The notes: a model not told the origin generated them from the sequence alone. A stretch of DNA of 36,498 nt from an uncultured archaeon (GCA_964421955.1 CAYQYU010000010.1:1-36498), one strand, 5' to 3'. Positions 27,274 through 36,085 are shown, numbered from the stretch's first letter. Numbers and translations: made by a program.

Positions 27274-28716
27274 TCAGAACGATATGTCCTCCACCTCCAT
27301 CGATCTGATCTCCTCCTCAAGATCGGGGACCAGTTCCGAAGGCAGTGAGCCATCCAGGTCATCGGGAACAGGCTCTCCCAGAAGGGTGTAGATTAGCGGA
27401 GCCACATCGCAGATATAGAGGTCCTCCTCTGCATCTTCGTCGACGTCCGGGCCTCTGGCGAAGAACACTCCTGTCTCGTCGTGGGTGAAGGAGTTGGTCT
27501 TATCAAAGATTGACGAGGAGTTCTCGGAAGAGATGATGACGCCCTTTCTTGCCTTCACGACGACATCCGGCCGGTCCTCTGCATCAGGATATATTTCTTC
27601 ACCTCTCCAGACTTCCTCTATCAGCTTTTCCCCGTCCTGCTCCAGGGAGCCGAATTTTTCAACCAGACTTTCAACTATCTCCTCCCGTTCTTCTTCAGGG
27701 ACTTTTCCGTGCGGGAGATCTTCTGTATGAACCTTCAGGCCCGCCTCCCTGCCCTCGGTGAAGTACGGAAGAACTCTGGAACTCTTCGATACGCCGCTGA
27801 GTGCTCCTGATTCAAAGCCGGTCAGGTCTGCTCCTGTCTTTGACTCGAAGAAGTCGTGAGCGTACTTTAGATACTTCTTGAGGCCTGTGTCCAGGAACGG
27901 CTTTGCAAGCCGGTAGACCGGCGTCTCGCTCTTCCCATCCTCAAACTCCAGGTAGCCCTCTTGCTCCAGAAACGTGGAAATGTTGAACTTTAGCTTTGCC
28001 TTTTGAAAGCCGTGGTCCGAGACCACAATCAGTTTGGCGTCGTTCTCTTCCGCCTTCTCGATGAACTCTCCTATAGTTTCATCAACGTACTCGTAGGCCC
28101 TGAGAACCGTTTTCTCTCTTTCCGAGAAGTGTCCTGCCCTATCGACGAGCTGGAATACCGATACGAACACGTCCGGCCTCTTTTCATAGATGTGCTGCGA
28201 AACTATCTTCTCCTTCCGGAAATTCTCTTTCTCCGTCTTGATCTTCGAACTGGCGGTCGTCCGGGAGTGAGAACTCTGCTTGGAGATGTCGAGCTTTCCC
28301 TCCAGTTCTTCTTCAAGCTCATCAGGATAGAACTCGAAATTGTTCGCGAGCGATCCCGAACGCATCCATCCGTTAACGGGGTAGACGGGCGAGGTTCCCG
28401 GGATAAAGTGGAGACCCACCTTTCCGTCTATGCGGTCCCAGAACATCTTGCCCCGGAAGTAAGACGAGTCGGGGAAGCGGGCGCCCCAGTTCTCAAAGTC
28501 CGCCATCGCCAGGTGGTACGCCTCGAACTTGTCTGGCGTGTAGCCGGAGAACATACAGGGCCATGCAGGGATAGTTATTGCAGGAACAGTGCTCGGAAGC
28601 TCGGTGTAGAACGATTCTCCCACCAGTTTTTCCCAGTTCTCTAGCTCATACTTCTCCATCGCCTTTCTCAGGTACTCGGGATCGGCACCGTCTATACCAA
28701 GCACAATCAGATCCAT
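27274..28716 (-). CDS. AlkP superfamily / type I phosphodiesterase-like protein
   Basis: LGIDGA, STVPAITIPAW, VDRAGH, VSDHGF, DVAP, DLDG; ends EVEDISF. Confidence 0.9.
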   Translation of the reverse strand: MDLIVLGIDGADPEYLRKAMEKYELENWEKLVGESFYTELPSTVPAITIPAWPCMFSGYTPDKFEAYHLAMADFENWGARFPDSSYFRGKMFWDRIDGKVGLHFIPGTSPVYPVNGWMRSGSLANNFEFYPDELEEELEGKLDISKQSSHSRTTASSKIKTEKENFRKEKIVSQHIYEKRPDVFVSVFQLVDRAGHFSEREKTVLRAYEYVDETIGEFIEKAEENDAKLIVVSDHGFQKAKLKFNISTFLEQEGYLEFEDGKSETPVYRLAKPFLDTGLKKYLKYAHDFFESKTGADLTGFESGALSGVSKSSRVLPYFTEGREAGLKVHTEDLPHGKVPEEEREEIVESLVEKFGSLEQDGEKLIEEVWRGEEIYPDAEDRPDVVVKARKGVIISSENSSSIFDKTNSFTHDETGVFFARGPDVDEDAEEDLYICDVAPLIYTLLGEPVPDDLDGSLPSELVPDLEEEIRSMEVEDISF

Positions 28717-28791
28717 TTTTCTTACTCTCCTGCGTTACACGATACTTCCACTGTTAATGATAATAAAATAACCGGATTCAAAACTATTGAC

Positions 28792-30351
28792 ATGGGTAGG
28801 AGCAGCATAATAAACGCGATAGTGAAGGGCGCAGGCATCGCTGCAGTCGGAGCGATAGTATCCAAGCTCCTCACATACGTCTACCGGCTGGCGGTCGCGC
28901 GCTACATCGGACCCGAGGCCTACGGGCAGTTAACGCTCGCGCTCACCTTCCTGAGCATAACAGGGACACTATCCTTGCTCTCCGTCAACCAGTCGATAGT
29001 CAAGTACGTTTCGGAGTACCGGGCCAACGACGACTGGGCCTCCATAAAAGGCGCTGTACTGTCATCTCTTCACCTCATAATGCCGACCTCCGTCATCAAC
29101 ATACTGGTTATGTACTTCACGGCGGGCTTCGTGGCCCGGAACATCTTCAAGAACTCCAGCCCGGAGTTCATCTTCATAATCCAGATACTAGCGTTCGTAG
29201 CGCCCTTCAGCAACACCTCTAGCGTCTTCATCGACACCATAAAGGCTTTCAAGAAGATGAGATACGTCGTCTTCACCAACAGGATATTCCAGAATCTTGT
29301 ACAGCTCGTCGTTACACTTATTTTGGTATCTCTTGGCTACGGCCTTATTGGAGCGGCCTGGGGCTGGCTCGCGGGAGTCGCCCTGTCATCCCTCCTGGCT
29401 TTCTACTTCATGGAGAGGAAGATTGGCCCGATCATTTTCCGGGACGTGAAACCCAACTACCAGCGCAGAAAGATACTCCGTTTCTCCACCCCTCTGCTGT
29501 TCTCCGCACTTATGGCCACGATACTCGGCTGGATAGACACGATCATACTCGGATACTACCTCAGTGAGTCGCTCGTGGGCATCTATAATGCCGCGTTCCC
29601 GACCGCGATGCTGGTTTTGATACCTTACAGCGCCCTTAACACGCTCGCGCTACCATCACTTTCCGAGGTGCATGAGACGGGAGAAACATCCTTATCCACC
29701 ATCGTCAAGACTATTGCCCGGTGGGCGGTGATCGCCAGCTTCCCTCTTTTTATCCTGATGGCTCTTTTCTCCGAACAGGTCTTACATCTACTGTTCGGCA
29801 AACAGTACATCCCGGCAGCGACCGCGCTGATAATACTCTCGGCGGCCAACATAACGAGCGCCATGATAGGCCCTCTTTCAGACCTCCTGAAATCCGTGGA
29901 GAGAACGGATATACTTTTCAAGAACAGCGTTGTAGCTCTCGTGCTGAACACCTCGTTCAACATCTTCTTCATCCCGGAATGGGGCCTGGGACTCGGTATT
30001 GAAGGTGCTGCGCTTGCCACCTTCCTCACAACCATTCTGATGAACGTCGTGATAGTGGCGGAGGCCTACTACTTCGAGAGCGTGACTCCGTTCCACGTCG
30101 ACATATGGAAACCTGTCCTCGCAGCCATAGTGCCCCTGGTACTGGTTTACGCCGGCCTGAAGATGCTATTCACGACCGTGCCTCTATGGGTGCTCTTCCC
30201 TGCCGGAATAGTGTTTGCCGCGCTCTACCTCGCGACCTTTGTGCTCCTCGGAGGCATAAACGAGAGAGATATAGAGATAATAGAGGGTGTCGGGGAGAAG
30301 ATAAACAGGAAGGAAGAGGCGGAAAGGCTAGCAAGAATCCTGAAGAGATGA
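28792..30351 (+). CDS. Wzx/MOP-family oligosaccharide flippase
   Basis: ARYIGPEAYG, IDTIILGY...VGIYNAA, GIEGAALAT; about 14 hydrophobic segments. Confidence 0.92.
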   Translation: MGRSSIINAIVKGAGIAAVGAIVSKLLTYVYRLAVARYIGPEAYGQLTLALTFLSITGTLSLLSVNQSIVKYVSEYRANDDWASIKGAVLSSLHLIMPTSVINILVMYFTAGFVARNIFKNSSPEFIFIIQILAFVAPFSNTSSVFIDTIKAFKKMRYVVFTNRIFQNLVQLVVTLILVSLGYGLIGAAWGWLAGVALSSLLAFYFMERKIGPIIFRDVKPNYQRRKILRFSTPLLFSALMATILGWIDTIILGYYLSESLVGIYNAAFPTAMLVLIPYSALNTLALPSLSEVHETGETSLSTIVKTIARWAVIASFPLFILMALFSEQVLHLLFGKQYIPAATALIILSAANITSAMIGPLSDLLKSVERTDILFKNSVVALVLNTSFNIFFIPEWGLGLGIEGAALATFLTTILMNVVIVAEAYYFESVTPFHVDIWKPVLAAIVPLVLVYAGLKMLFTTVPLWVLFPAGIVFAALYLATFVLLGGINERDIEIIEGVGEKINRKEEAERLARILKR

Positions 30352-30352
30352 T

Positions 30353-30568
30353 CTAATCGAGGTAGCCGAGTCCGCGGAGACGGTCCTTGACCTTCTCCTC
30401 CTCCTCTTCACTGTAAGAAGACTCCTGCTGCTCCTTCTCGCGCCTGATCTTCTCGACCACCTGTTCCAGAAGGTATGCGATATATTCCTCTGTCGTATCA
30501 AAGTCTTTTTCCTCGGCCCTGGCCTCCAGAACAGAATGAATGTCGTCATCGACTTCTACGTTTGCCAT
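30353..30568 (-). CDS. Small RHH/CopG-like protein with acidic linker and LGY tail
   Basis: VEVDDDIHSVLEARAEEKDFDTTEEYIAYLLEQ followed by SEEEEEKVKDRLRGLGYLD. Confidence 0.82.
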   Translation of the reverse strand: MANVEVDDDIHSVLEARAEEKDFDTTEEYIAYLLEQVVEKIRREKEQQESSYSEEEEEKVKDRLRGLGYLD

Positions 30569-30630
30569 TATGAATCACGTCTAACTTTCAACGGGAGAGC
30601 TTATTATTTCTTTCACCCGCAACTTCTGGT

Positions 30631-31623
30631 ATGCCGGAATTCGAAAACATCTTCATCTACGTTTCAGATGCGCTGAGATACGATCACGTACCGGAATCAA
30701 TCGCAGAGTCAAGAAATATCGTACCTACGCTTGTTCCTGCAGGATACACCCCCATCTCGTTTTCATCTCTAGTCACGGGGCTTGATCCGAGGAAACACGC
30801 GGTGAGATCATTCTACGACACCCTGGAGATGGAGACGGTATTTGAACGTTTCGATGACCACTCCTACTACGACCATCCGGACGACGCGATGAGCCGGAAC
30901 GTGATGAAACATTTCGACAGGAAAGAGCTGGAGGACCAAGAGCCTCCTTTCATACATGTCGAGAGGGCTCTCGACACCCACGCACCGTATGGCCAGATGG
31001 AACACGGCAACGAAATCCACGAGGAGGAACAGGAAGGAAGTTTAAAGGAACAGTACAGGCGCGGCGTTGAGTCAACAGAGGAGCACTTCTGGAGCCACGT
31101 CGAAGAGCTGAAGGATCGTGGACTCTACGAGGACACTCTCATCATCTTCACCTCTGACCACGGAGAATGGCTTGGAGAGAAAGTGCTGGGCAAGAAACGC
31201 CACGACCATAACTGTCCTGTAAGAGAAGAACTGTGCGTCGTCCCGACCGTGTTCCTGAACTATGAAAACAGCTGGGATCGGGCAAGAACGATCGACATAC
31301 TGCCGACCGCGCTCTCGATACTCGGAAAGGAAACAGTGGGAGAGGGCTTCGATCTGCGGGATAGGGAGCCTGATTCTGGCCACTCGATGCTACAGGTAAA
31401 CACCCACCCGCTGATAGTTACTGGTAGCGAGTGGCGCTGGGACAGTCAATGGAAGATAAGCAAGGGCAAGCTCAGGGTGGACGCCGCCACCAAGTTCATT
31501 GACTGGATAAACCCGATACGCCAGCCTTTGAGAAACACAAAGATCGGGGACCTGTTCGGCTCAGACAACTCGGTACAGCAGAAGTTCTATGCTGATGACG
31601 AGCTTGAAGGGATCGACTTCTAG
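30631..31623 (+). CDS. Sulfatase-like AlkP superfamily protein
   Basis: YVSDALRYD, YTPISFSSLVTG, DTHAPY, TSDHGE, DILPT; ends ELEGIDF. Confidence 0.87.
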   Translation: MPEFENIFIYVSDALRYDHVPESIAESRNIVPTLVPAGYTPISFSSLVTGLDPRKHAVRSFYDTLEMETVFERFDDHSYYDHPDDAMSRNVMKHFDRKELEDQEPPFIHVERALDTHAPYGQMEHGNEIHEEEQEGSLKEQYRRGVESTEEHFWSHVEELKDRGLYEDTLIIFTSDHGEWLGEKVLGKKRHDHNCPVREELCVVPTVFLNYENSWDRARTIDILPTALSILGKETVGEGFDLRDREPDSGHSMLQVNTHPLIVTGSEWRWDSQWKISKGKLRVDAATKFIDWINPIRQPLRNTKIGDLFGSDNSVQQKFYADDELEGIDF

Positions 31624-31630
31624 AAGTCGA
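31613..31630. repeat. Perfect 18-bp palindrome centred on overlapping convergent stops
   Basis: TCGACTTCTAGAAGTCGA equals its own reverse complement. Confidence 0.9.
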
Positions 31631-33071
31631 GGTCGTGCACGTCCTCGCTGGTTGTTTCCCGCTGTCTCTTCCCAGGTTCAGAACTCGCGGAGAAAATATC
31701 CATGACCTTGCCGTCCATCTCTTCAGGAATATCCTCGCCAAAGTAGTGCAGAACCGTCGGGGCGAGATCCACAAGCTCCGCGTCCTCTTCATCAAAGTCG
31801 AAAACGTTGCCATAAAGTCCTATGTAGCCCTGCTTCCGGTGCATGTAGCTCGAGAGTTTACCAGTCACGTTCGGCTTTATGTCGGAATCGTTCTTCACTT
31901 TTTCCTCGAACACGACTACCAGGTCAGGGAATGTTTCCACGTCAACATCAAAGGCCTCTTCTTTCAAAAGCACATTTTCAACCAGTTCGTGCCGCTCCAG
32001 TTTGCCCTTGATCTCCTTCTTCTTGGCCTGACGATCTTCTACAGTACCTTGAGGAAATCTATCATCGTTTATCCAGATGCCGGCGTATCCGCATACTCCT
32101 GTCATGTAGGAGAATGCCTCTGTACCTTCCCAATCTATCGAGTCGAAGTCCAGGTCTGTCGAGACAAATTTTTCTCCAGCGATGTTTCCGTAGAGATCAT
32201 TGATTCTCACAAGGTAGTCTCTCAGGCCCGCGCTTTCGAAGACTTCCGCAGTCCCGAGAACCAGCGATTTCAATTTCTCTTTTACCCTCGAACTCTCTTC
32301 CTCTTTCATTTCCAGGAAGCCGTTCTCTCTCAGCCAGGTATTGATGGAGAAACGTCTATCGGCCTTGACTGCGCCGTGGTCTGAAAGCGCGATTATGTTC
32401 ACATCACGCTCCATCAATTCTCCTAGGAGTTCATCACATTCCCTGTAAGCATCCAGCATGATCTCTTCATCGGAGCAGTGGTGCATCATGTTATCGGGCA
32501 GCCGGAAAACCATGAAGTAGACCTCCGCATCCTTCCTGTCCATCAACCATTCCAGGGTGTCCCTGCGCTTCTCAAAGGAGTCGTAGAAAGACTCTCTCCT
32601 CTCCTTCTCGCTCCCAAAGTAGTCTATGCCCTCTAGCCTGAACTCGCCCAGGTCTTCCTCCATCTCGGTGTAGAGCTCTTCCGGGTAGGTCGATTGGGTC
32701 GACACGTCGAATATGCCGCCGACCATCCATCCGTCGATCTCGTGCACGGTCGCGCCGGGAACATCCGCTATCGCGGACTTTCCATCCATGTAGTTCCAGA
32801 ACTCCTGGAACCAGTACCGCTCCTGTCCCGCAGGAGCGAATCCATAGTTCTCGAAGTCTATAACCTGGAAATCAAATCTCTCCAGCTTCTCGGGCTTCTT
32901 GCCCGTGAAAGACGATATCCACGCCGGCACAGTTATCGGAGGCAGGGTTGACTCCAGCAGCCCTGAATTACCCGATTCGTCGAGCTGCCTTAAGTTCTCC
33001 AGCTCATCGATATTGTTCTCGATCAGGTAGGGATCGATGCCGTCGAGGCCCAGTATGACGAGAGGCTTCAT
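31620..33071 (-). CDS. AlkP superfamily / type I phosphodiesterase-like protein
   Basis: LGLDGID, STLPPITVPAW, PDNMMH, LSDHG, DLAPT, EMDG; ends DVHDLDF; ATG 1 nt after the upstream stop. Confidence 0.9.
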   Translation of the reverse strand: MKPLVILGLDGIDPYLIENNIDELENLRQLDESGNSGLLESTLPPITVPAWISSFTGKKPEKLERFDFQVIDFENYGFAPAGQERYWFQEFWNYMDGKSAIADVPGATVHEIDGWMVGGIFDVSTQSTYPEELYTEMEEDLGEFRLEGIDYFGSEKERRESFYDSFEKRRDTLEWLMDRKDAEVYFMVFRLPDNMMHHCSDEEIMLDAYRECDELLGELMERDVNIIALSDHGAVKADRRFSINTWLRENGFLEMKEEESSRVKEKLKSLVLGTAEVFESAGLRDYLVRINDLYGNIAGEKFVSTDLDFDSIDWEGTEAFSYMTGVCGYAGIWINDDRFPQGTVEDRQAKKKEIKGKLERHELVENVLLKEEAFDVDVETFPDLVVVFEEKVKNDSDIKPNVTGKLSSYMHRKQGYIGLYGNVFDFDEEDAELVDLAPTVLHYFGEDIPEEMDGKVMDIFSASSEPGKRQRETTSEDVHDLDF

Positions 33072-33072
33072 C

Positions 33073-34341
33073 TCAGTCCCTGTAACCAAGATTCCTTAGA
33101 CGCGATTTTATCTCCTCTTCCTCATCTGCTTCAACCTTTCCGCGGAAATCCTGGAGAACCTGGGAGAATTTTTCTATCCGATCTGGTTCCTCTTCCGAGA
33201 TATCATCGGTTTCTCCAGGATCCTCCTCGATATCGTAGAACCTGTCCTCATCCTTCCTGAAGTCACGGATGAGCTTGTATTCCCGCGATCTCAGGGCCGC
33301 CTTCTGCCTTTCATCGGTGTTCACCTCGGCGTAGGCGTACTCTGGAGAGGATTCAAACAGGTCGACTCCGTCGAAACTCTCCTGATCGAAGTCGAGATCG
33401 CAGGCGCTCAACGCCGTCGGAAGAATGTCTATACTTCTCGCGAGCCTGTCCCACTTCTCGCCGGACTCGAGGAGCGAATCGTCCCTAGACCACAGAACCA
33501 AGGGGACGTTGAGAACGTTATCATACAGGAAGTTGCCGTGCTCGTACCGTTTTTCCTCCTGTCTCTCCTGATGCTCGTTGAAGCTCTCGCCGTGATCGCC
33601 GAAGACTACTATCAGCGTGTCCTCCAGAGCATCTTCATCCTCCAGAATCCTGATCATTTCTTCAATATACTCGTCAGCCTCCTTGAGAGATTCTCGATAG
33701 CCCCGCTCAACTCTTTCAGGATATTCTTCTATCAGGTCTCTTATCCGCTCCATCCGATAGTTCCAGAAATACTTGATTGGGTATCTCAGGATCTCCTTCC
33801 AGAAAGGTCTATTATAGCGGCCCATGTAACCCCTCGGAAACAGTTTCTGCTGTATTCTCAGGGCTACGTTTGCAAAGAAATCCCGCATCCCACTGACTGG
33901 AAGCCGAGTCCTGTAAGGAAGATGGGTGTTCCAGTAGTGGATGAAAAGGAATAGATCATCCTCTCTAGTCTCCTGAATTGCCCCCTCCACATTCGAAATC
34001 TCGTCGGAGCCCGCGTAGCTCCATCCTCTAAATCCGCGGTCTTTCAACATCCCGGAGCCCAAGAGCGTCCTCACCTCGAAACCGTTCTGGTCAAAGAAGC
34101 TGAACACAGTTTCCATTTCTTCATCCTTCAGTGCTCCTCCCAGGCTTCTGATGCCCGAGTTTTTCGGGAGCTTCCCTGTCAGGATCGATCCGTGGTTGCC
34201 TGTGTGAGGCATCTGGACGAACGTGTCTGGAAAGTGCTCTCCCTCCTCGCATATCCTGTCGATAGCCGGAGTGTCTAACGGGCTTTCAGGGCCAAAGTAA
34301 TCACTCCTAGTGCTTTCAAGGGAGAGGAATATGACATTCAT
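33073..34341 (-). CDS. Sulfatase-fold protein, non-FGly type, LGY tail
   Basis: LSLESTR, PHTGNHGSILTG, HYWNTHLPY, GDHGE, HG, VPL, DILPT, YDIEEDPGE; ends EIKSRLRNLGYRD. Confidence 0.9.
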   Translation of the reverse strand: MNVIFLSLESTRSDYFGPESPLDTPAIDRICEEGEHFPDTFVQMPHTGNHGSILTGKLPKNSGIRSLGGALKDEEMETVFSFFDQNGFEVRTLLGSGMLKDRGFRGWSYAGSDEISNVEGAIQETREDDLFLFIHYWNTHLPYRTRLPVSGMRDFFANVALRIQQKLFPRGYMGRYNRPFWKEILRYPIKYFWNYRMERIRDLIEEYPERVERGYRESLKEADEYIEEMIRILEDEDALEDTLIVVFGDHGESFNEHQERQEEKRYEHGNFLYDNVLNVPLVLWSRDDSLLESGEKWDRLARSIDILPTALSACDLDFDQESFDGVDLFESSPEYAYAEVNTDERQKAALRSREYKLIRDFRKDEDRFYDIEEDPGETDDISEEEPDRIEKFSQVLQDFRGKVEADEEEEIKSRLRNLGYRD

Positions 34342-34394
34342 GGCTAATCAAGTAGATGCTAAGAATAAAAAGCCTCATTTGCGACCTCATAGCT

Positions 34395-35405
34395 ATGGAT
34401 GAACCCCATGTCTCTGTCATCCTTCCCTCCTACAACGTCGAGGAGACGCTGGAAAGAACTCTCGAGGGCGTTCTGAAACAGGACTATGAACATATGGCGG
34501 AGATACTCATAATCGATGCTGGCAGCAGTGATCACACCCCTGATATAGCGAAAGAATACGCATCAGAGCACGAAAAAATCGAGCTTGTAAGCAAGGATCT
34601 CGACGGACTGGCTGCAACCATAAACGAAGGCATAAGGCAGTCCTCTTCAGAAATTGTGTGTACTATAAACCCTGACTGCGTGCCCGCGTCAGAGGATTGG
34701 CTTAGAGAGCTTGTCAGCGCGCTAGACCCTGAGGAAGATATTGTAGGAGCGCAGCCGGTACAGGAGATACCAGAAGATCTGGTTGAAAGCTCCTCGCTCC
34801 CGTACAAAATGTTCTGCGGCACGAGGGATTCCAGAGATCTAGAGGAAGCCGAGATAGGTCCATATAACTTCCAGCCCAACGGCTGCGTCTTCGTGAAGTC
34901 GGCGATAGAAGAGCTCGGGCTGCTGGATGAAGAGAACTATTCAAGGGCGGGCGAGGACTATGACATCTCGATAAAAGCCCAAGAGAAAGGCTACAGGTCA
35001 GCCTTCGTTCCCATGGTTCTACTTCACTACCACGGTCTGGGATCAAGTTTCGGGATGAAAGACTATCTGGCAAAGCAGCTCCAGTACAGCGAGGCCCAGG
35101 GCGCCATAACCCGGCGATATCCTTTCAAGAGGCACTATACGTTCTGGAACGAATTCACGAAGTCGGGTCTGTACGCCTCAGTGTTCGTGCCCTGGCTGAA
35201 CCTTGCGACCATTCCCCTTCTCACCCTCTACCTGACGATCTACACCTACCAGAGCAGGGAAGTACTCTCGGGAACCGAACTGTTACGCGCCCCCTTCATC
35301 AAGTTACTCGGCGACATCTACAACATAATAGGATTCTACAAAGGACTTATAACGGGAAGACAGACATCAACCTCGCACCATATATTGGAGTTTTCATCTA
35401 ACTAG
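34395..35405 (+). CDS. GT2 glycosyltransferase
   Basis: VSVILPSYN, IDAGSSD, NPD, GEDYD; C-terminal hydrophobic segments. Confidence 0.9.
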   Translation: MDEPHVSVILPSYNVEETLERTLEGVLKQDYEHMAEILIIDAGSSDHTPDIAKEYASEHEKIELVSKDLDGLAATINEGIRQSSSEIVCTINPDCVPASEDWLRELVSALDPEEDIVGAQPVQEIPEDLVESSSLPYKMFCGTRDSRDLEEAEIGPYNFQPNGCVFVKSAIEELGLLDEENYSRAGEDYDISIKAQEKGYRSAFVPMVLLHYHGLGSSFGMKDYLAKQLQYSEAQGAITRRYPFKRHYTFWNEFTKSGLYASVFVPWLNLATIPLLTLYLTIYTYQSREVLSGTELLRAPFIKLLGDIYNIIGFYKGLITGRQTSTSHHILEFSSN

Positions 35406-35427
35406 AAGATCTCGGACATCTAAGATT

Positions 35428-35991
35428 CTAATCTTTATCAAATATCCAGTCAGGGAACTGTTGCTGAGTAGAACGTATTTTTGGCCTTTTATCTTGATTT
35501 GCGGCAAAATCCCAAACTGCTCTAAAAACTTCATCTATCTGCGCATCATGACCTCCAATTACTCCGCCTTCGCGGATTTTCGGCCAGTAATTCGCTAGGT
35601 CTTTCTTTACCTGATCTTGGGTATGAAGACCATCGATATAAACGAAATCCAAGCTCCCTGGGATTTCCTGTGCTGCTTCATCACTGGTTTTCGTTATCCA
35701 TTCAACTTGGTCACCGAAACCTGAAGCGTTCAGCTCGGTATGCGCCCTATGGTACTTGGATTCTTCACTAGGGTAGGGGTCTATCAAGTAAAGTTTTTCT
35801 ACATTAAGCGTTTCCAAAATTTCTTCCGCATTTTCTCCTCTAGCAACTCCGATCTCGGCGCCAGTGACTGGTTGCCCACCAAATTTTTCCGCACAGTATC
35901 TGTTGAAACCTCTTTTCTTATCAAAACGGACAAATAATCCGAGGTAATCCCGGATTTTTCTATGGATTCTGAACCTTAGTGGTTGACCCAT
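35428..35991 (-). CDS. Class I SAM-dependent methyltransferase (Methyltransf_24-like)
   Basis: GAEIGVARG, LIDPY, LDFVYIDGLH, GGVIGGHD. Start uncertain (35991 or 36009). Confidence 0.85.
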   Translation of the reverse strand: MGQPLRFRIHRKIRDYLGLFVRFDKKRGFNRYCAEKFGGQPVTGAEIGVARGENAEEILETLNVEKLYLIDPYPSEESKYHRAHTELNASGFGDQVEWITKTSDEAAQEIPGSLDFVYIDGLHTQDQVKKDLANYWPKIREGGVIGGHDAQIDEVFRAVWDFAANQDKRPKIRSTQQQFPDWIFDKD

Positions 35992-36085
35992 GCGGAACCC
36001 TAAAATCATATAGAAGAGGATAATTTTTATTCCACATCCTTCTTGACTGAATAATACAGTTAACTCTTCATACGTGTAAGCTGAA

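Noticed and set aside
17510-34341. Calling the AlkP-fold genes conventional arylsulfatases
   Set aside because: None has the C/S-x-P-x-R formylglycine motif, and no maturation enzyme is present in the window.
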